NCBI RefSeq assembly: GCF_001194135.2
Contig: NC_068988.1
Span: 20,665,475 to 20,729,474 of the forward strand
Direction: 5' to 3'
Origin: Octopus bimaculoides
Lineage: Eukaryota
Length of the DNA: 64,000 nt
Below, in pieces: positions 33,735-47,289 of the stretch. Numbering within the stretch: position 1 is the stretch's first letter; every line of letters starts with the position of its first letter. Position numbers and translations under genes: made by a program. The notes under the pieces are model-generated. The model saw only the letters and a list, made by a program, of their open reading frames with translations. It did not search any database and was not told the origin of the DNA.

Positions 33735-35228
33735 CTAGCAGAAATACCCGGCTTTGCCCGGGTTAAAGAGAATAATGAAATCTAAAAACGCCGTCTAGAC
33801 TATGCAACCCTCAACTGTTAGTAGCTACGATACCATATTTCTACATTAATAACTCTCCAATCCATGCTAGCATGGAACATAGACATTAAGTGGAATGCCA
33901 GTCTCTCATCTAGGAGGGCCTTGAAATTAATGTTACCAACTGGGGACTATGTGTGTCGCAGTGATAATAAAAAGACCCAAAGGAGGTCTGCAACGAAATA
34001 ATTTTACTCAACACTTTGCAAGTGAATCAGTGGAGGCAAAGATGCGTCTCATTTACTTGACAATTTATGCACCACATTGCAGAAATCACAATGTAAGTAT
34101 ATCTGAAAGNNNNNNNNNNNNNNNNNNNNNNNNNNNNNNNNNNNNNNNNNNNNNNNNNNNNNNNNNNNNNNNNNNNNNNNNNNNNNNNNNNNNNNNNNNN
34201 NNNNNNNNNNNNNNNNNNNNNNNNNNNNNNNNNNNNNNNNNNNNNNNNNNNNNNNNNNNNNNNNNNNNNNNNNNNNNNNNNNNNNNNNNNNNNNNNNNNN
34301 NNNNNNNNNNNNNNNNNNNNNNNNNNNNNNNNNNNNNNNNNNNNNNNNNNNNNNNNNNNNNNNNNNNNNNNNNNNNNNNNNNNNNNNNNNNNNNNNNNNN
34401 NNNNNNNNNNNNNNNNNNNNNNNNNNNNNNNNNNNNNNNNNNNNNNNNNNNNNNNNNNNNNNNNNNNNNNNNNNNNNNNNNNNNNNNNNNNNNNNNNNNN
34501 NNNNNNNNNNNNNNNNNNNNNNNNNNNNNNNNNNNNNNNNNNNNNNNNNNNNNNNNNNNNNNNNNNNNNNNNNNNNNNNNNNNNNNNNNNNNNNNNNNNN
34601 NNNNNNNNNNNNNNNNNNNNNNNNNNNNNNNNNNNNNNNNNNNNNNNNNNNNNNNNNNNNNNNNNNNNNNNNNNNNNNNNNNNNNNNNNNNNNNNNNNNN
34701 NNNNNNNNNNNNNNNNNNNNNNNNNNNNNNNNNNNNNNNNNNNNNNNNNNNNNNNNNNNNNNNNNNNNNNNNNNNNNNNNNNNNNNNNNNNNNNNNNNNN
34801 NNNNNNNNNNNNNNNNNNNNNNNNNNNNNNNNNNNNNNNNNNNNNNNNNNNNNNNNNNNNNNNNNNNNNNNNNNNNNNNNNNNNNNNNNNNNNNNNNNNN
34901 NNNNNNNNNNNNNNNNNNNNNNNNNNNNNNNNNNNNNNNNNNNNNNNNNNNNNNNNNNNNNNNNNNNNNNNNNNNTTACAGTATCGAAATGTGATTGTTT
35001 CAGTTAGTAGAATAGTTTCATTTTTAAAGTGAAAGTATTTGACGAGTGTTTTTGTTTCACTTTTGACACGTAATACTTAAATAGTGGAGGAGATATTATG
35101 TTGCCGTGGGCTCGAACTCTGCAAGAAGTTAAAATTTTTTTGAATAAAACACAACTGGAACCCTAAGTAAGGCATGTGTAAAATTTGAATGAAATTGGTT
35201 GCGCAGTTCTCGAGTTTTAGGGATTCAC

Positions 35229-35263
<35 letters not shown>

Positions 35264-35309
35264 TACAGACAGACAGACACACACACATTCTCATTTTTAT
35301 ATATATAGA
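33735..35309 (-). mobile_element. Non-autonomous Helitron with internal (CTGT)n microsatellite
   Basis: The minus strand starts A|TCTATATATATAAAAATGAGAATGTGTG...(CTGT)n and ends with a hairpin ACCCGG-GCAAAG-CCGGGT (33763-33746) then CTAG|T (33738-33735). This gives the canonical TC...hairpin-CTAG termini in an AT target with no TSD. An N gap at 34110-34975 lies inside, so linkage of the two ends is assumed. Confidence 0.7.
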
Positions 35310-35839
35310 TTGTTCGGTATGGTTACAGATTCTGACATCTACTGAAGAACACTATTCTTTAGCATATGAGTTCACCTGACTGTTGGCAACAGGGACCAGA
35401 TTACTTGGAAATATTACCTGCAACAGACCAGCATCAAAACAAAATGTATCACTCATGAAACATAATTCAGAAGCCAATCACCAACCAACAAGTGGTCAAT
35501 CAATTAAAAGTTTCTCATTTTATAAATACAAATATCTTGTTGCTATTTTAATTGCAAGAGATCTTTCCAAAAATTTTTTCCTAGGTTTTGATGGTCTTAT
35601 TGTTTAATCCCAACTCAGCTCTGATCAAGCAGACTAATGATTGAGAGTATTCCAGTTGTGACTATTCTGACATGTAGTTCAAGGATGATTTAGCTGCCCT
35701 TTCTAGTAGGTCACATATCTATAGAGACTCCATGGTAGCTCATTGGTATATTAATGGCTGGTGTTTAAGTTCTGGTTGAATCATAGTGTTAAATGAATAA
35801 TCACAATTCCAAACCACTCATCAAAAGTTTTCCAAAGTT

Positions 35840-36177
35840 TTCCATGAGGTGGGGGGAGGGGTTCTCCGAAAGGGGTCTCAAGGAGTAGTGCCCCCTGCTT
35901 TCTTGAGCTAGTTTTCCACCACATTTCTTAAAAATCATGGAGGAAGCCTTGGTCTCAGGACCACCCATGTCTAGAAACTGAGGTTGGGGGTAAGCAAGGG
36001 TATGCTCCCTGTAGAAAATCCAGCTCCAAAAAAGCCTCATGATAGCAAAAGAGAAGGGGCACCAGCCAGCCAGCCCAAAGGTTGGGGTGGGCTGCACCTG
36101 CCTACCTCGGTTGCTATGGCACTGAGGTAGATCTGGCCATCCCCGTTAACAGGGACAAAACCCGTATTTAAAACACT

Positions 36178-36223
<46 letters not shown>

Positions 36224-36225
36224 GA
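35840..36225 (+). repeat. Unclassified GC-richer retroposon-like segment with (TGA)n tail
   Basis: Abruptly more GC-rich than its flanks and ends TTTAAAACACT(TGA)n. Contains GTTGGGGGTAAGCAAGGGTATGCTCCCTGTAGAAAA, which resembles the family C motif. Confidence 0.4.
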
Positions 36226-36405
36226 TGCATCTAACATACAAATTTCCGAAAGATTTGCTAATCAGGAACTTGACCAGCAATCATTTAAACCATTTTTTCT
36301 TCTTTTTGTTTAACAAAAGGAAACATATTTAAAACAAATGCACTTTAGAGGGTTTGAGAGCTCAGTCACTGTTGCTGCAATTGGGTTTTAGTCTTCATGC
36401 ATAAG

Positions 36406-36462
<57 letters not shown>

Positions 36463-36948
36463 TGTTGTTGTTGTTTAATACCCAGCAGACTGAGTCAGAA
36501 GCTTTTCACTCAACAACCACAGATTCCATGTTTTCTCCTCTTTTCCACATACAATGTAACCAACACATCCTCTCTTTCGAAGATAGCAAAGTGTGATTTG
36601 AGAGATATAACTGATATTCTTAAAAGGTTAAGCCTCCGTGTTGCCATGGACAACACTGGTGTTAGTGAATTCAATATGCTTAGTTCTACCTTGTTCTATT
36701 TATATTATCTCATCGGAAACAAAGCAGATTCTTATCAATAACCTAAAACACAGCAATACTTTGTTTGCCATAATCTTTTACAAATATTACTCCTACCATA
36801 ATACTACCATCATAGTTATGCTTATTATTTGGCTTGTTACCTTTACAGCTCTATAGCTTTCAATCACCTTCACCTCCAATAACTACTGTATATGTAGGCT
36901 TATTATGCTAAGGACTGAGACCACTAGCAAATGATTTGTAGTCATGTA

Positions 36949-37164
36949 CGAGGGAATACTGGAAAGTTCCTGGCTTTAAGGGTATCACGAAGGGCCTGGT
37001 TGGAGGCCCAACCTTCTGAGTTCTTTTACAGGGATTAGGAAAACTGAAGGACCGTTGCAATAACTGTGTAAATCTGAGAGGGGAATAGGTTGAATAAAAT
37101 TATAATTAACTGATCCTCCCATATTTTCTTTTATCCAATGTCAGGAACCCTTCAGTACCCCCTC
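36949..37164 (+). mobile_element. mariner-derived MITE
   Basis: TA|CGAGGGAATACTGGAAAGTTCCTGGC...GTCAGGAACCCTTCAGTACCCCCTC|TA. Interior reads LLQGLGKLKDRCNNCVNLRGE*VE*, resembling a mariner transposase C-terminal tail. Confidence 0.75.
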
Positions 37165-39057
37165 TACTGCAAGACACCCGTTTCTGTCCCTCTATCATAC
37201 TCTAACATACTCAAAGCTACCTCCCTCAATACTACACCTCAACCCTCAGTAGAGGGGCCTTGTTCTGCAAATTATTTGGTGACTCCTACTGATGCTGGTG
37301 CCACATAAAATGTACCTAGAACACTCTGTAAAGTGGTTGGCATTAGGAAGGGCTTCCAGATATAGAAACAATAACAAAGTTGACAGTAAACCACGGTGCA
37401 GTCCTCTGGCTTGCCAACTCCTATCAAACTATCCATCTCTTGCCAGCATGGAAGGCGGGCATTAACTGATGATGATGACGATGACGACAACACTCCACAT
37501 GGCTGGATACACTCAGGACATACCACTGCTTACTGTTAGGTGCAATGTTTAATGAGGTTATGTGCAATAATTTAATCAAGACAGATTTTTATCCAGTTTA
37601 TCCCAGTTTATTACCCCAGCCAGTCTAGATGCTGAATGTATAAGAAGAGTTAAGTCAAACTTACTTGTCACAAAAAGATAGCTATAACTATTCAGAATTT
37701 GATAAAAACTCGAGAATCTAGCACTGAGTTTAATTGACCAGAGAAAAAAACAGTAACATTACAGTTATTTTAGACATGTGAGGTATATTTACATTTGTCT
37801 AGGTTGTTATAAGTTTACTAGCTGGCCCTGTGCTGTCAAAAAGGACAGCTAATTGTAGTATTTTATATATAAATAAGGTACATAATAATCACAGAGACAA
37901 ACATTCACATACTTCCCTTGTATACACACACATATGCACATATACTCACACAGAGTTGAAACGCTGTTTGATTTTTCTTTTCAGCGTTGAATGTCCACCA
38001 TCCCACTTGCATTGCACATNNNNNNNNNNNNNNNNNNNNNNNNNNNNNNNNNNNNNNNNNNNNNNNNNNNNNNNNNNNNNNNNNNNNNNNNNNNNNNNNN
38101 NNNNNNNNNNNNNNNNNNNNNNNNNNNNNNNNNNNNNNNNNNNNNNNNNNNNNNNNNNNNNNNNNNNNNNNNNNNNNNNNNNNNNNNNNNNNNNNNNNNN
38201 NNNNNNNNNNNNNNNNNNNNNNNNNNNNNNNNNNNNNNNNNNNNNNNNNNNNNNNNNNNNNNNNNNNNNNNNNNNNNNNNNNNNNNNNNNNNNNNNNNNN
38301 NNNNNNNNNNNNNNNNNNNNNNNNNNNNNNNNNNNNNNNNNNNNNNNNNNNNNNNNNNNNNNNNNNNNNNNNNNNNNNNNNNNNNNNNNNNNNNNNNNNN
38401 NNNNNNNNNNNNNNNNNNNNNNNNNNNNNNNNNNNNNNNNNNNNNNNNNNNNNNNNNNNNNNNNNNNNNNNNNNNNNNNNNNNNNNNNNNNNNNNNNNNN
38501 NNNNNNNNNNNNNNNNNNNNNNNNNNNNNNNNNNNNNNNNNNNNNNNNNNNNNNNNNNNNNNNNNNNNNNNNNNNNNNNNNNNNNNNNNNNNNNNNNNNN
38601 NNNNNNNNNNNNNNNNNNNNNNNNNNNNNNNNNNNNNNNNNNNNNNNTGTGTGCGTGTGTGTAAGAAGAAGCTCATTTATATATTTGTTTATTTTTAGTT
38701 CCTTCAAAACAGTTAAGCTTGGACCCTTATAATCTAATCTGATCCATAGAAGAAACAACCAAAAATGCAATTTAAAAAAATAGATTTTATTCTAACCCCT
38801 ACTGAGCTGTAACACTAAATATTTATACACACTCACACACACATTAGAATTGGGTTGTTTGCATAAAAGCATTGATGATAGAGTATCTTTGTTTAGCAAA
38901 AGATGCCAGCTTGACATCATCCTCCATATTCCCTCCCCAAATATCAACATACAAGGTAAAGTGTAAACTATTTTGCCTTTCTTACTTCTCTGTTTTCACT
39001 TTCTTATTTCCAGTTTATACTGCATTGGCTTATAAACAATTTTTAGTACATACATAT

Positions 39058-39405
39058 GCCGTTGCCAGTACCGCCTGACTGGCCTTCGTAGGATTTTCGA
39101 GTGAGATCGTTGCCAGTGCCCCTGGACTGGCTCTTGTGCGGGTGGCACATAAAACACACCATTTTGAGTATGGCCGTTGCCAGTACTGCCTGACTGGCCT
39201 TCGTGCCGGTGGCATGTAAAAGCACCCACTACACTCTCTGAGTGGTTGGCGTTAGGAAGGGCATCCAGCTGTAGAAACTCTGCCAAATCAGATTGGAGCC
39301 TGGTGCAGTCATCCGGTTTCACCAGTCCTCAGTCAAATCGTCCAACCCATGCTAGCATGGAAAGCGGACGTTAAACGATGATGATGATGATGATGATGAT
39401 GATGA
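39058..39405 (+). mobile_element. Retroposon family C
   Basis: Three GTTGCCAGT-initiated modules followed by the family C tail and (GAT)n. Confidence 0.8.
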
Positions 39406-42400
39406 TATATATANNNNNNNNNNNNNNNNNNNNNNNNNNNNNNNNNNNNNNNNNNNNNNNNNNNNNNNNNNNNNNNNNNNNNNNNNNNNNNNNNNNNNNN
39501 NNNNNNNNNNNNNNNNNNNNNNNNNNNNNNNNNNNNNNNNNNNNNNNNNNNNNNNNNNNNNNNNNNNNNNNNNNNNNNNNNNNNNNNNNNNNNNNNNNNN
39601 NNNNNNNNNNNNNNNNNNNNNNNNNNNNNNNNNNNNNNNNNNNNNNNNNNNNNNNNNNNNNNNNNNNNNNNNNNNNNNNNNNNNNNNNNNNNNNNNNNNN
39701 NNNNNNNNNNNNNNNNNNNNNNNNNNNNNNNNNNNNNNNNNNNNNNNNNNNNNNNNNNNNNNNNNNNNNNNNNNNNNNNNNNNNNNNNNNNNNNNNNNNN
39801 NNNNNNNNNNNNNNNNNNNNNNNNNNNNNNNNNNNNNNNNNNNNNNNNNNNNNNNNNNNNNNNNNNNNNNNNNNNNNNNNNNNNNNNNNNNNNNNNNNNN
39901 NNNNNNNNNNNNNNNNNNNNNNNNNNNNNNNNNNNNNNNNNNNNNNNNNNNNNNNNNNNNNNNNNNNNNNNNNNNNNNNNNNNNNNNNNNNNNNNNNNNN
40001 NNNNNNNNNNNNNNNNNNNNNNNNNNNNNNNNNNNNNNNNNNNNNNNNNNNNNNNNNNNNNNNNNNNNNNNNNNNNNNNNNNNNNNNNNNNNNNNNNNNN
40101 NNNNNNNNNNNNNNNNNNNNNNNNNNNNNNNNNNNNNNNNNNNNNNNNNNNNNNNNNNNNNNNNNNNNNNNNNNNNNNNNNNNNNNNNNNNNNNNNNNNN
40201 NNNNNNNNNNNNNNNNNNNNNNNNNNNNNNNNNNNNNNNNNNNNNNNNNNNNNNNNNNNNNNNNNNNNNNNNNNNNNNNNNNNNNNNNNNNNNNNNNNNN
40301 NNNNNNNNNNNNNNNNNNNNNNNNNNNNNNNNNNNNNNNNNNNNNNNNNNNNNNNNNNNNNNNNNNNNNNNNNNNNNNNNNNNNNNNNNATATATATATA
40401 TATATATATATAATTTCCCACTCATGCTAGCATGGAAGGCAGACTTTAAACAATGATGATGATGATGATATAATACACACACACATCTAAATGGTTTCTT
40501 TCCTTTCATTTTCCCAGAAAACTTGAGAGAACTATGACATGTGGTGGTGGTGGTGGTGGGACCGGGACAGGGGGTTTGAAATGGGTCTAAATGTACACAC
40601 AGTAATAAAGGGAGAAGAAAAGGATGTTTGAATGGTATATATATATACTGTAGAAATCGCTAAGTGAAAACTATCGCTTTATCTACTGCCAAGATGGTGA
40701 ACTGTTACCACTTTTTGTAAACACAAATGTATACGTTTATACAAATATATACACACGCATACACACACAGGATATTTCTTAAAGGTGTGTAAACGAGTAA
40801 AATTAAACAGGTAAAAAGGCAGTGGTTCTTTCTTGTCTTCTTTTAAAGATTGCCATGAACATTGTTTACACACTGTGAGTACATAATACAGAACAACAAT
40901 ATAACTTTAAAGGTTGGCACGATATAAACAATGGCAAACAGATAATCAACAGGTAAGTGGTGTGAATATAAAGGTGTGTATGCACACATATACACAAATG
41001 CACATAGATAAATACTTACACAAAAATATCTACACATTCACATACATAAATATAGTCACACACATTTTCATTTGTAAATACACAAGCATGTGCATGTACA
41101 CACAAATGCACGCGTGCACCCATGCACAAACACATATATTTGCACATAGAAAAATATATATATATATGTGCGCGAGCGCGTACACACACATTCAGAAATA
41201 CTTATATATTCCCGCACTAAGTAGAACGGTGCCAGTTTTCCTCCGACTGAAATTAAGAATGTAAGAATTCACTTGTATGTTACATCTAGTTACACCCATG
41301 CAAACACACTAACATACATGTGGGCATATACACACATGTGCAGCCATCAGCATGCACACATGAACGTACACATACATCGATCTGCAAGACAAACATGTAT
41401 TAAGTTTAAGTTGAAATCACCAGTCATTTAAGAATCATCCAATACACCACGTTATACAGATATCACCACCACCACCTACTACTACTACTACTACTACTAC
41501 TACAACGTTATTGTTGTTGTTATTGCTAAGCCCGAGGTCAATGCAAATCAAAGAGATCTATAGTCAAAAGCATTCCAGTCACGACCATTCCATCATTTTT
41601 GTAACATTCTCCTTTTCCAATAGTAGGGTGCAATATGAAAAGGATTTGGCTGATATTTCTAAAAGATCAAGCCCTGACGTACATGCTTTCTTGTTGGTTA
41701 TTTGACGCTGCTAAATCAAAAAGAATTATATATAACGTTTACTGAAACAGTCTTAAGAAATCTAGATTATGAGAATACCAAAGTGACCATTAGCATGAGA
41801 TTATTGGCGACTGTGCATTTTATGATTCCATATTGCTACTATACAGGTACAGGTGTGGTGGTGTGCTAAGAAGCTGGAATATTTGCTTCTACCATTGAGA
41901 CCGGCACCCATGGTCAGTGTCACCTAAGCTCATATGCACAGCTTCCATGCTCACTGTGGTGCACTTCTACTCAACCAGGCATTGGAAAGTCATCTTCCCA
42001 TGATTTGGGGTTCGGTCCCATTGCATTACACGGTGGGCAAGTGTCTTCTATTATAGTCCCAGGATGGCCAAAGCCTCACAAGTGGATTCAGTAAACAGAA
42101 ACTGAAAGAAGGTGGGTGGGTGCGTGTGTATCTCCCTCCTCTAAATAATTTAAAATTGAAATTTATTGTATTTTAAAATTGGCATGACAATAAGTGTTTA
42201 TTGACAACTTCCATTTTCTTAGCAAACTTTCAGTAAATTACTTATACTAAAAGAGGTTAAAACAAAGCATTTCCTATCATCATTATCCACTTGACCCTTT
42301 CGTGATTTGGAACAAATCTATTTATAACTTGTGTCACTGGAAAGGGATGGCTTGGTAAATCCATGTTACATGTCCTCTTAGGGTCCAGCTTTGATCAATC

Positions 42401-42793
42401 AATCCCCATAAATCAAGTCTTCTGCACCTTCTAGCCCTTTCTAAAGACCAGCTTTGATCTGTGACTTCATCATTCAACACTGCACCCGCTAGTCACTTTG
42501 GAGGGGTCGAGTACGACCAGTTTGTTTTCATAAATCAATTCAGTTAATGGTAAAGAATGAAACAATATATGGTTGTTGAGACTATACAGGATAAAGTAAC
42601 TTTGTAATTCTATTTCTATGTAAATAATATATGTAAAAAAGCACAGAGTCTACTTAGAACCTATTCAAATAGCACAAAATGCTCCCTCTCGTTTTATTCC
42701 ATTTCAAGCAGTTTCAACCACTGGCATCAAATACTTATTCCTTAGGATATCAGCAGAATGGGTCAAACTGGAAATATTTTTATAAATAACTAC

Positions 42794-42967
42794 GAGTGGC
42801 TGTGTGGTAAGTAGCTTGCTTACCAACCACATGGTTCCGGGTTCAGTCCCACTGCGTGGCACCTTGAGCAAGTGTCTTCTACTATTGCCTCGGGCCGACC
42901 AAGCCCATGTGAGTGGATTTGGTAGACGGAAGCTGAAAGAAGCCCGTCGTATATATANNNNNNNNNN

Positions 42968-43013
<46 letters not shown>

Positions 43014-43236
43014 ATATGTTTGTGTGTCTGTGTTTGTCCCCCCAACATCGCTTGACAACCGATGCTGGTGTGTTTACGTCCCCGTAACTTAGCGGTTCGG
43101 CAAAACAGACCGATAGAATAAGTACTAGGCTTCCAAAGAATAAGTCCTGGGGTTGATTTGCTCGACTAAAAGGCAGTGCTCCAGCATGGCAGCAGTCAAA
43201 TGACTAAAACAAGTAAAAGGGTAAAAGAGTAAAGAG
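42794..43236 (+). mobile_element. SINE family A, full length
   Basis: Family A consensus with an N gap inside the central (TA)n. Confidence 0.85.
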
Positions 43237-43604
43237 AATTTAGGCACAAAGATGTGTCTTGTCAATAACAATAAATATAATTGAGTGACCTTTGTCCTCT
43301 ATTATAGTGTAGAAGTCTCCAAAATATAACATCTGATACAGCCAAGTGGAAATGAGTAGAATGTGTCCATAAGCTTCTCTTTTGGTTTTTGAGTTTATGC
43401 CATGAGATGTTTAGAGGTGTGAGCCTTCATAAAAACACTGGTGACGACTATCAAGCTCCTTCTTCACAGTAAGGGTTGGTGTCAGGAAAGTCGTCTGGAC
43501 ACAGAACACAATGGTAGTGGTAGTAGTGGCACTACTTTAATCGTAACAAACCTCACATATAATGAGTCACAATGCAGTGGCATTCCTTTATTTATATGAA
43601 ATAT

Positions 43605-43973
43605 GTGGAGGTGCAATGGCCCAGTGGTTAGGGCAGCAACTCGTGGTCATAGGATCGCGGTTTCGATTCCCAGACCAGGCGTTGTGAGTGTTTATTGAGC
43701 AAAAACACCTAAAGCTCCACGAGACTCCAGCAGGGGATGGTGGCGAACCCCGCTGTACTCTTTCACCACAACTTTCTCTCACTCTTACTTCCTGTTTCTG
43801 TTGTAACTGTAATTCAAAGGGTCAGCCTTGTCACACTGTGTCACGCTGAATATCCCCGAGAACTACGTCTGTGGAGTGCTCAGCCACTTGCACGTTAATT
43901 TCATGAGCAGGCTGTTCCGTTGATTGGATCAACTGGAACCCTCGACGTCATAAGCGACAGAGTGCCAACAACA
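43605..43973 (+). mobile_element. SINE family B, full length, with TSD
   Basis: TSD ATATGAAATAT (43594-43604 and 43974-43984); small internal deletion. Confidence 0.9.
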
Positions 43974-45106
43974 ATATGAAATATATATCATGTCTATTTC
44001 TTAATTGATCAGAGACAGTTATGAAGATTTTAATGCACACTCTTTACGAGAGTAGAGCAACCATAGTGCAATTACATTGGATAGGCAACGAGTTAGAAGC
44101 AGCTGTGTTTGCTGACAAGCATGACCATATCTGATAATAAGCGGTCGTTAGTTATCAGTACCAATGATCACTAATGGCTGTTCAAGAAGATAACAGAAAC
44201 AACACTGACCACTAATGAAAATGTAGAAACACATTACTGATCACCAATGAAGATAATGAGCAACCACAAATGCGGATACAGAAACACGTCTTTGAAGACT
44301 GATGAAGCCATAGACCAGAAACATAGTCAATTTAACTCTTGCACTCCGATCGCTGATATTTCTGTTTGATCAAATAAAACATTCCATTGTCTTTTTGCTA
44401 CATTGATCAAAGCTATTCCAATCATGAACATCTAAGTCTGTGATATAAGGTAGAAGTGGCTACTATTTTGAGAAATCGAATTGACTGTCAAAAGAATCCC
44501 TCGAAAAGAGGTAGTAGAGCCTGGAACATGTGGTTTCTAATTTTGGTGACAACAGGATGACATTTGAAAAAGACCTGGTTGAGCAAATAATTGTACAGAA
44601 GCAACTTTTCTCCCATGAATACTTATGAAATATGTTTCTACATTACACTGAAATATTGTGTGTATCTAACAAAGTGAAGTTTTTCCCTTCAACCATATAC
44701 TTAACATATAACTCTTACACCTTTATGCTAGCGTAAGTGCTAACTGAAAGTAAGGTATTTTATTTTTTGGTTTCCTGTCACTTTTAGGGCAATTTCATGC
44801 ATTTGCTCTGCAGCTTCTTTGACTAATCTTGATTAATTATTTACTAATCAACATGTTAATTCCTTTTCATAACATCCTAGAACTATCAGGGTGGTCTTGA
44901 TGCTGAGAAGAAATTTACAGCCCATTTAACATGTATGTTGAAATGTAAATGCAACAAATGTTTACATAGACATTCAATATCAATGTATATTTTATAAGTT
45001 ATATACTATTACACCGGTTATAAACTTTCATTTACAGAACAACAATATCTAACCAAGATATTTGTAAATATCAGCATCATTTCCTCCTCAGCCCTACCCT
45101 ACCCTA

Positions 45107-45147
<41 letters not shown>

Positions 45148-45807
45148 GTTAGCTAGTCCTTTCCAAGCCACACGAATCCTCTGAGACGCATTTTCAGCTC
45201 TGGTTTCTCTAGTGCTGATGTTGATAAGTAGGACACTGAACTATTACAAGTGGCTTATCTCATGGTTGGTATTGAACTCAGCAGAGCAAGACAACAAACT
45301 ACTGTGTTGCAACAAATGCTGACAACGATGAACTATCACCACCCTGAGGTACCTATTTACATACAAGAGAGAATCCGATGTTAAGAGTCAAATGTCTTGG
45401 TTATGGGTACAATTCACTGCCAGTGACAGGATATGAACTTCTAACCTCTCAGCCTCTTGCTGGGTTTTCTATTCATTCAACTATCAATGCTCTCATATCT
45501 TCTGTTAACAAGTTATTTATTTGCTGCTATGATGAGGATCATGACCATCCCCACTGATTTCTTTTTGACAACTGCTGTTCAGTCAAACATGTCATATAAT
45601 TGAACAGAACCAGTAGGATATTGGGTGAATTTATAAGAGTTTACACCTAGTTTCCTCCTTTCTTGTTTGACCTGCACATATTCAAGTTGGGTTATAATGC
45701 CCAACTTGCATCAATCCCACCAACCTGGAAGGGCCTGCAAAGATCACAAGATTTGTCTGTTCCTTTCCTTAACTTACAAACAAAAGTCCCAAAACCGTAT
45801 ACATCTA

Positions 45808-46072
45808 CAGGTGTAGCTGAGTGGTAAGTTTGCTTTCCAACCACATGGCTCCAGGTTAGGTGTCATTGTGTGGCACCTCAGGGAAATGTCTTCTACTAAA
45901 GCCCCAGGCCAACCAAGGCCTTGTGAGTGGATTTGGTAGGGAAAATCTGAAAGAAACTTGTATCTATGTGTGCATGTGTTTGTATTTGTCCCCACCACAC
46001 CACTTGACAAGTGTTGGATTGTTTACATCCCTATATGTTCAGCTAAAAAAAGAGATTGATAGAATAAGTACC
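45808..46072 (+). mobile_element. SINE family A, old diverged copy
   Basis: Diverged head plus TTTGTCCCCACCACACCACTTGACAA...GATAGAATAAGTACC. Confidence 0.6.
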
Positions 46073-46074
46073 AC

Positions 46075-46460
46075 CATCACCATCATCATCATTTAATGTC
46101 CCCTTTTCCATGCTTGCATGGGTTAGATGGAATTTGTTGAGGTAGATATTCTACAGCCATGTACCCTTCCTCTTGCCAGCCCTCACCTGTTTCCAGGCAA
46201 GGTAGTATTTCCTCATGGCTATACATTTTTCACAGAAGACTGGAACTGAACAACATTGCTTATATAACAGTGATGCCCCTTTATGACCATCAAACACACA
46301 CAGTGGGCTTCTTCCAGTTTCCCCTTTACCAAATCCACTTACAGGGCTTTGGTCAGCTTGGGGCTGTAGTAGAAGACGCTTGCCCAAAGCACCACATAAT
46401 AAAACTGAACTCAAAACCACATGGTTAGGAAGCAATCTTGTTAACCACACAGCCATGTCT
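46075..46460 (-). mobile_element. SINE family F
   Basis: (CAT)n-TTTAATGTCCCCTTTTCCATGCTTGCATGG...ACCAAATCCACT...ACCACACAGCC. Confidence 0.65.
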
Positions 46461-47289
46461 GTGTCTAGAAGAATAATAATTTCTTTCACAGACACAACAC
46501 CAGAAACATGGAGAGACGGAAGCAGTTAATTACATCGAACCTAGGACTTCACTGGTACTTTATTCAATAAACTTTGGAAGAACGAAAGGTAAAGGATCGG
46601 ACCAGAAAAGAAACTTGGACACCTGCCAAGTATAGCAGCTATATCTCTTTCAATAAATATCAAAGAATTATATAAAAGATTTGCAAAAACATTTTCAAGA
46701 AACCTAGATTAAAGGCAAGAACAGTAAAGTGACTACTATTCAAAGTGATAAACAGATATTTATGTTACTGTGTTGTATGGTGTGGCCATATGTGGTGGGT
46801 TGTAAGTATGGATGAGAAGTTGAAACGTTTGTTTTGCAATTATGAGGTCCCCAGTTCATTCCTTGTTGTTGATGATGATAATGATGGTGATGATGATGCA
46901 GCTAAGATCCTAGTTACCAGCACTTTGGCACTTCTTATCTTTTTATGGGCTCCAATAGCAGATAATTTGTGAACATCACTGTTGGTGATGAGTAGAGAGA
47001 ATAGCAATTATTTCTCAAACATAATCCTGCTGAATTTGGTTGTTATTATTATTATGATATCAATATATAACTGGTACCTTATTATATTGATCTTGGAGAG
47101 ATGGGAAGCCAGGCTGATTTCAGTGGGTTCTGAACCAGAATATTAAGAGCTTGAACAAATGCCACAGAATTTTGATTTTTCCTCCCAATCCACCCCACCA
47201 CCACCACCACCACCACCACCACCACAACAACAACAACAACAATAATGAAGATGACCCATAACAATACCCATAACAATACCACTAAGGAA

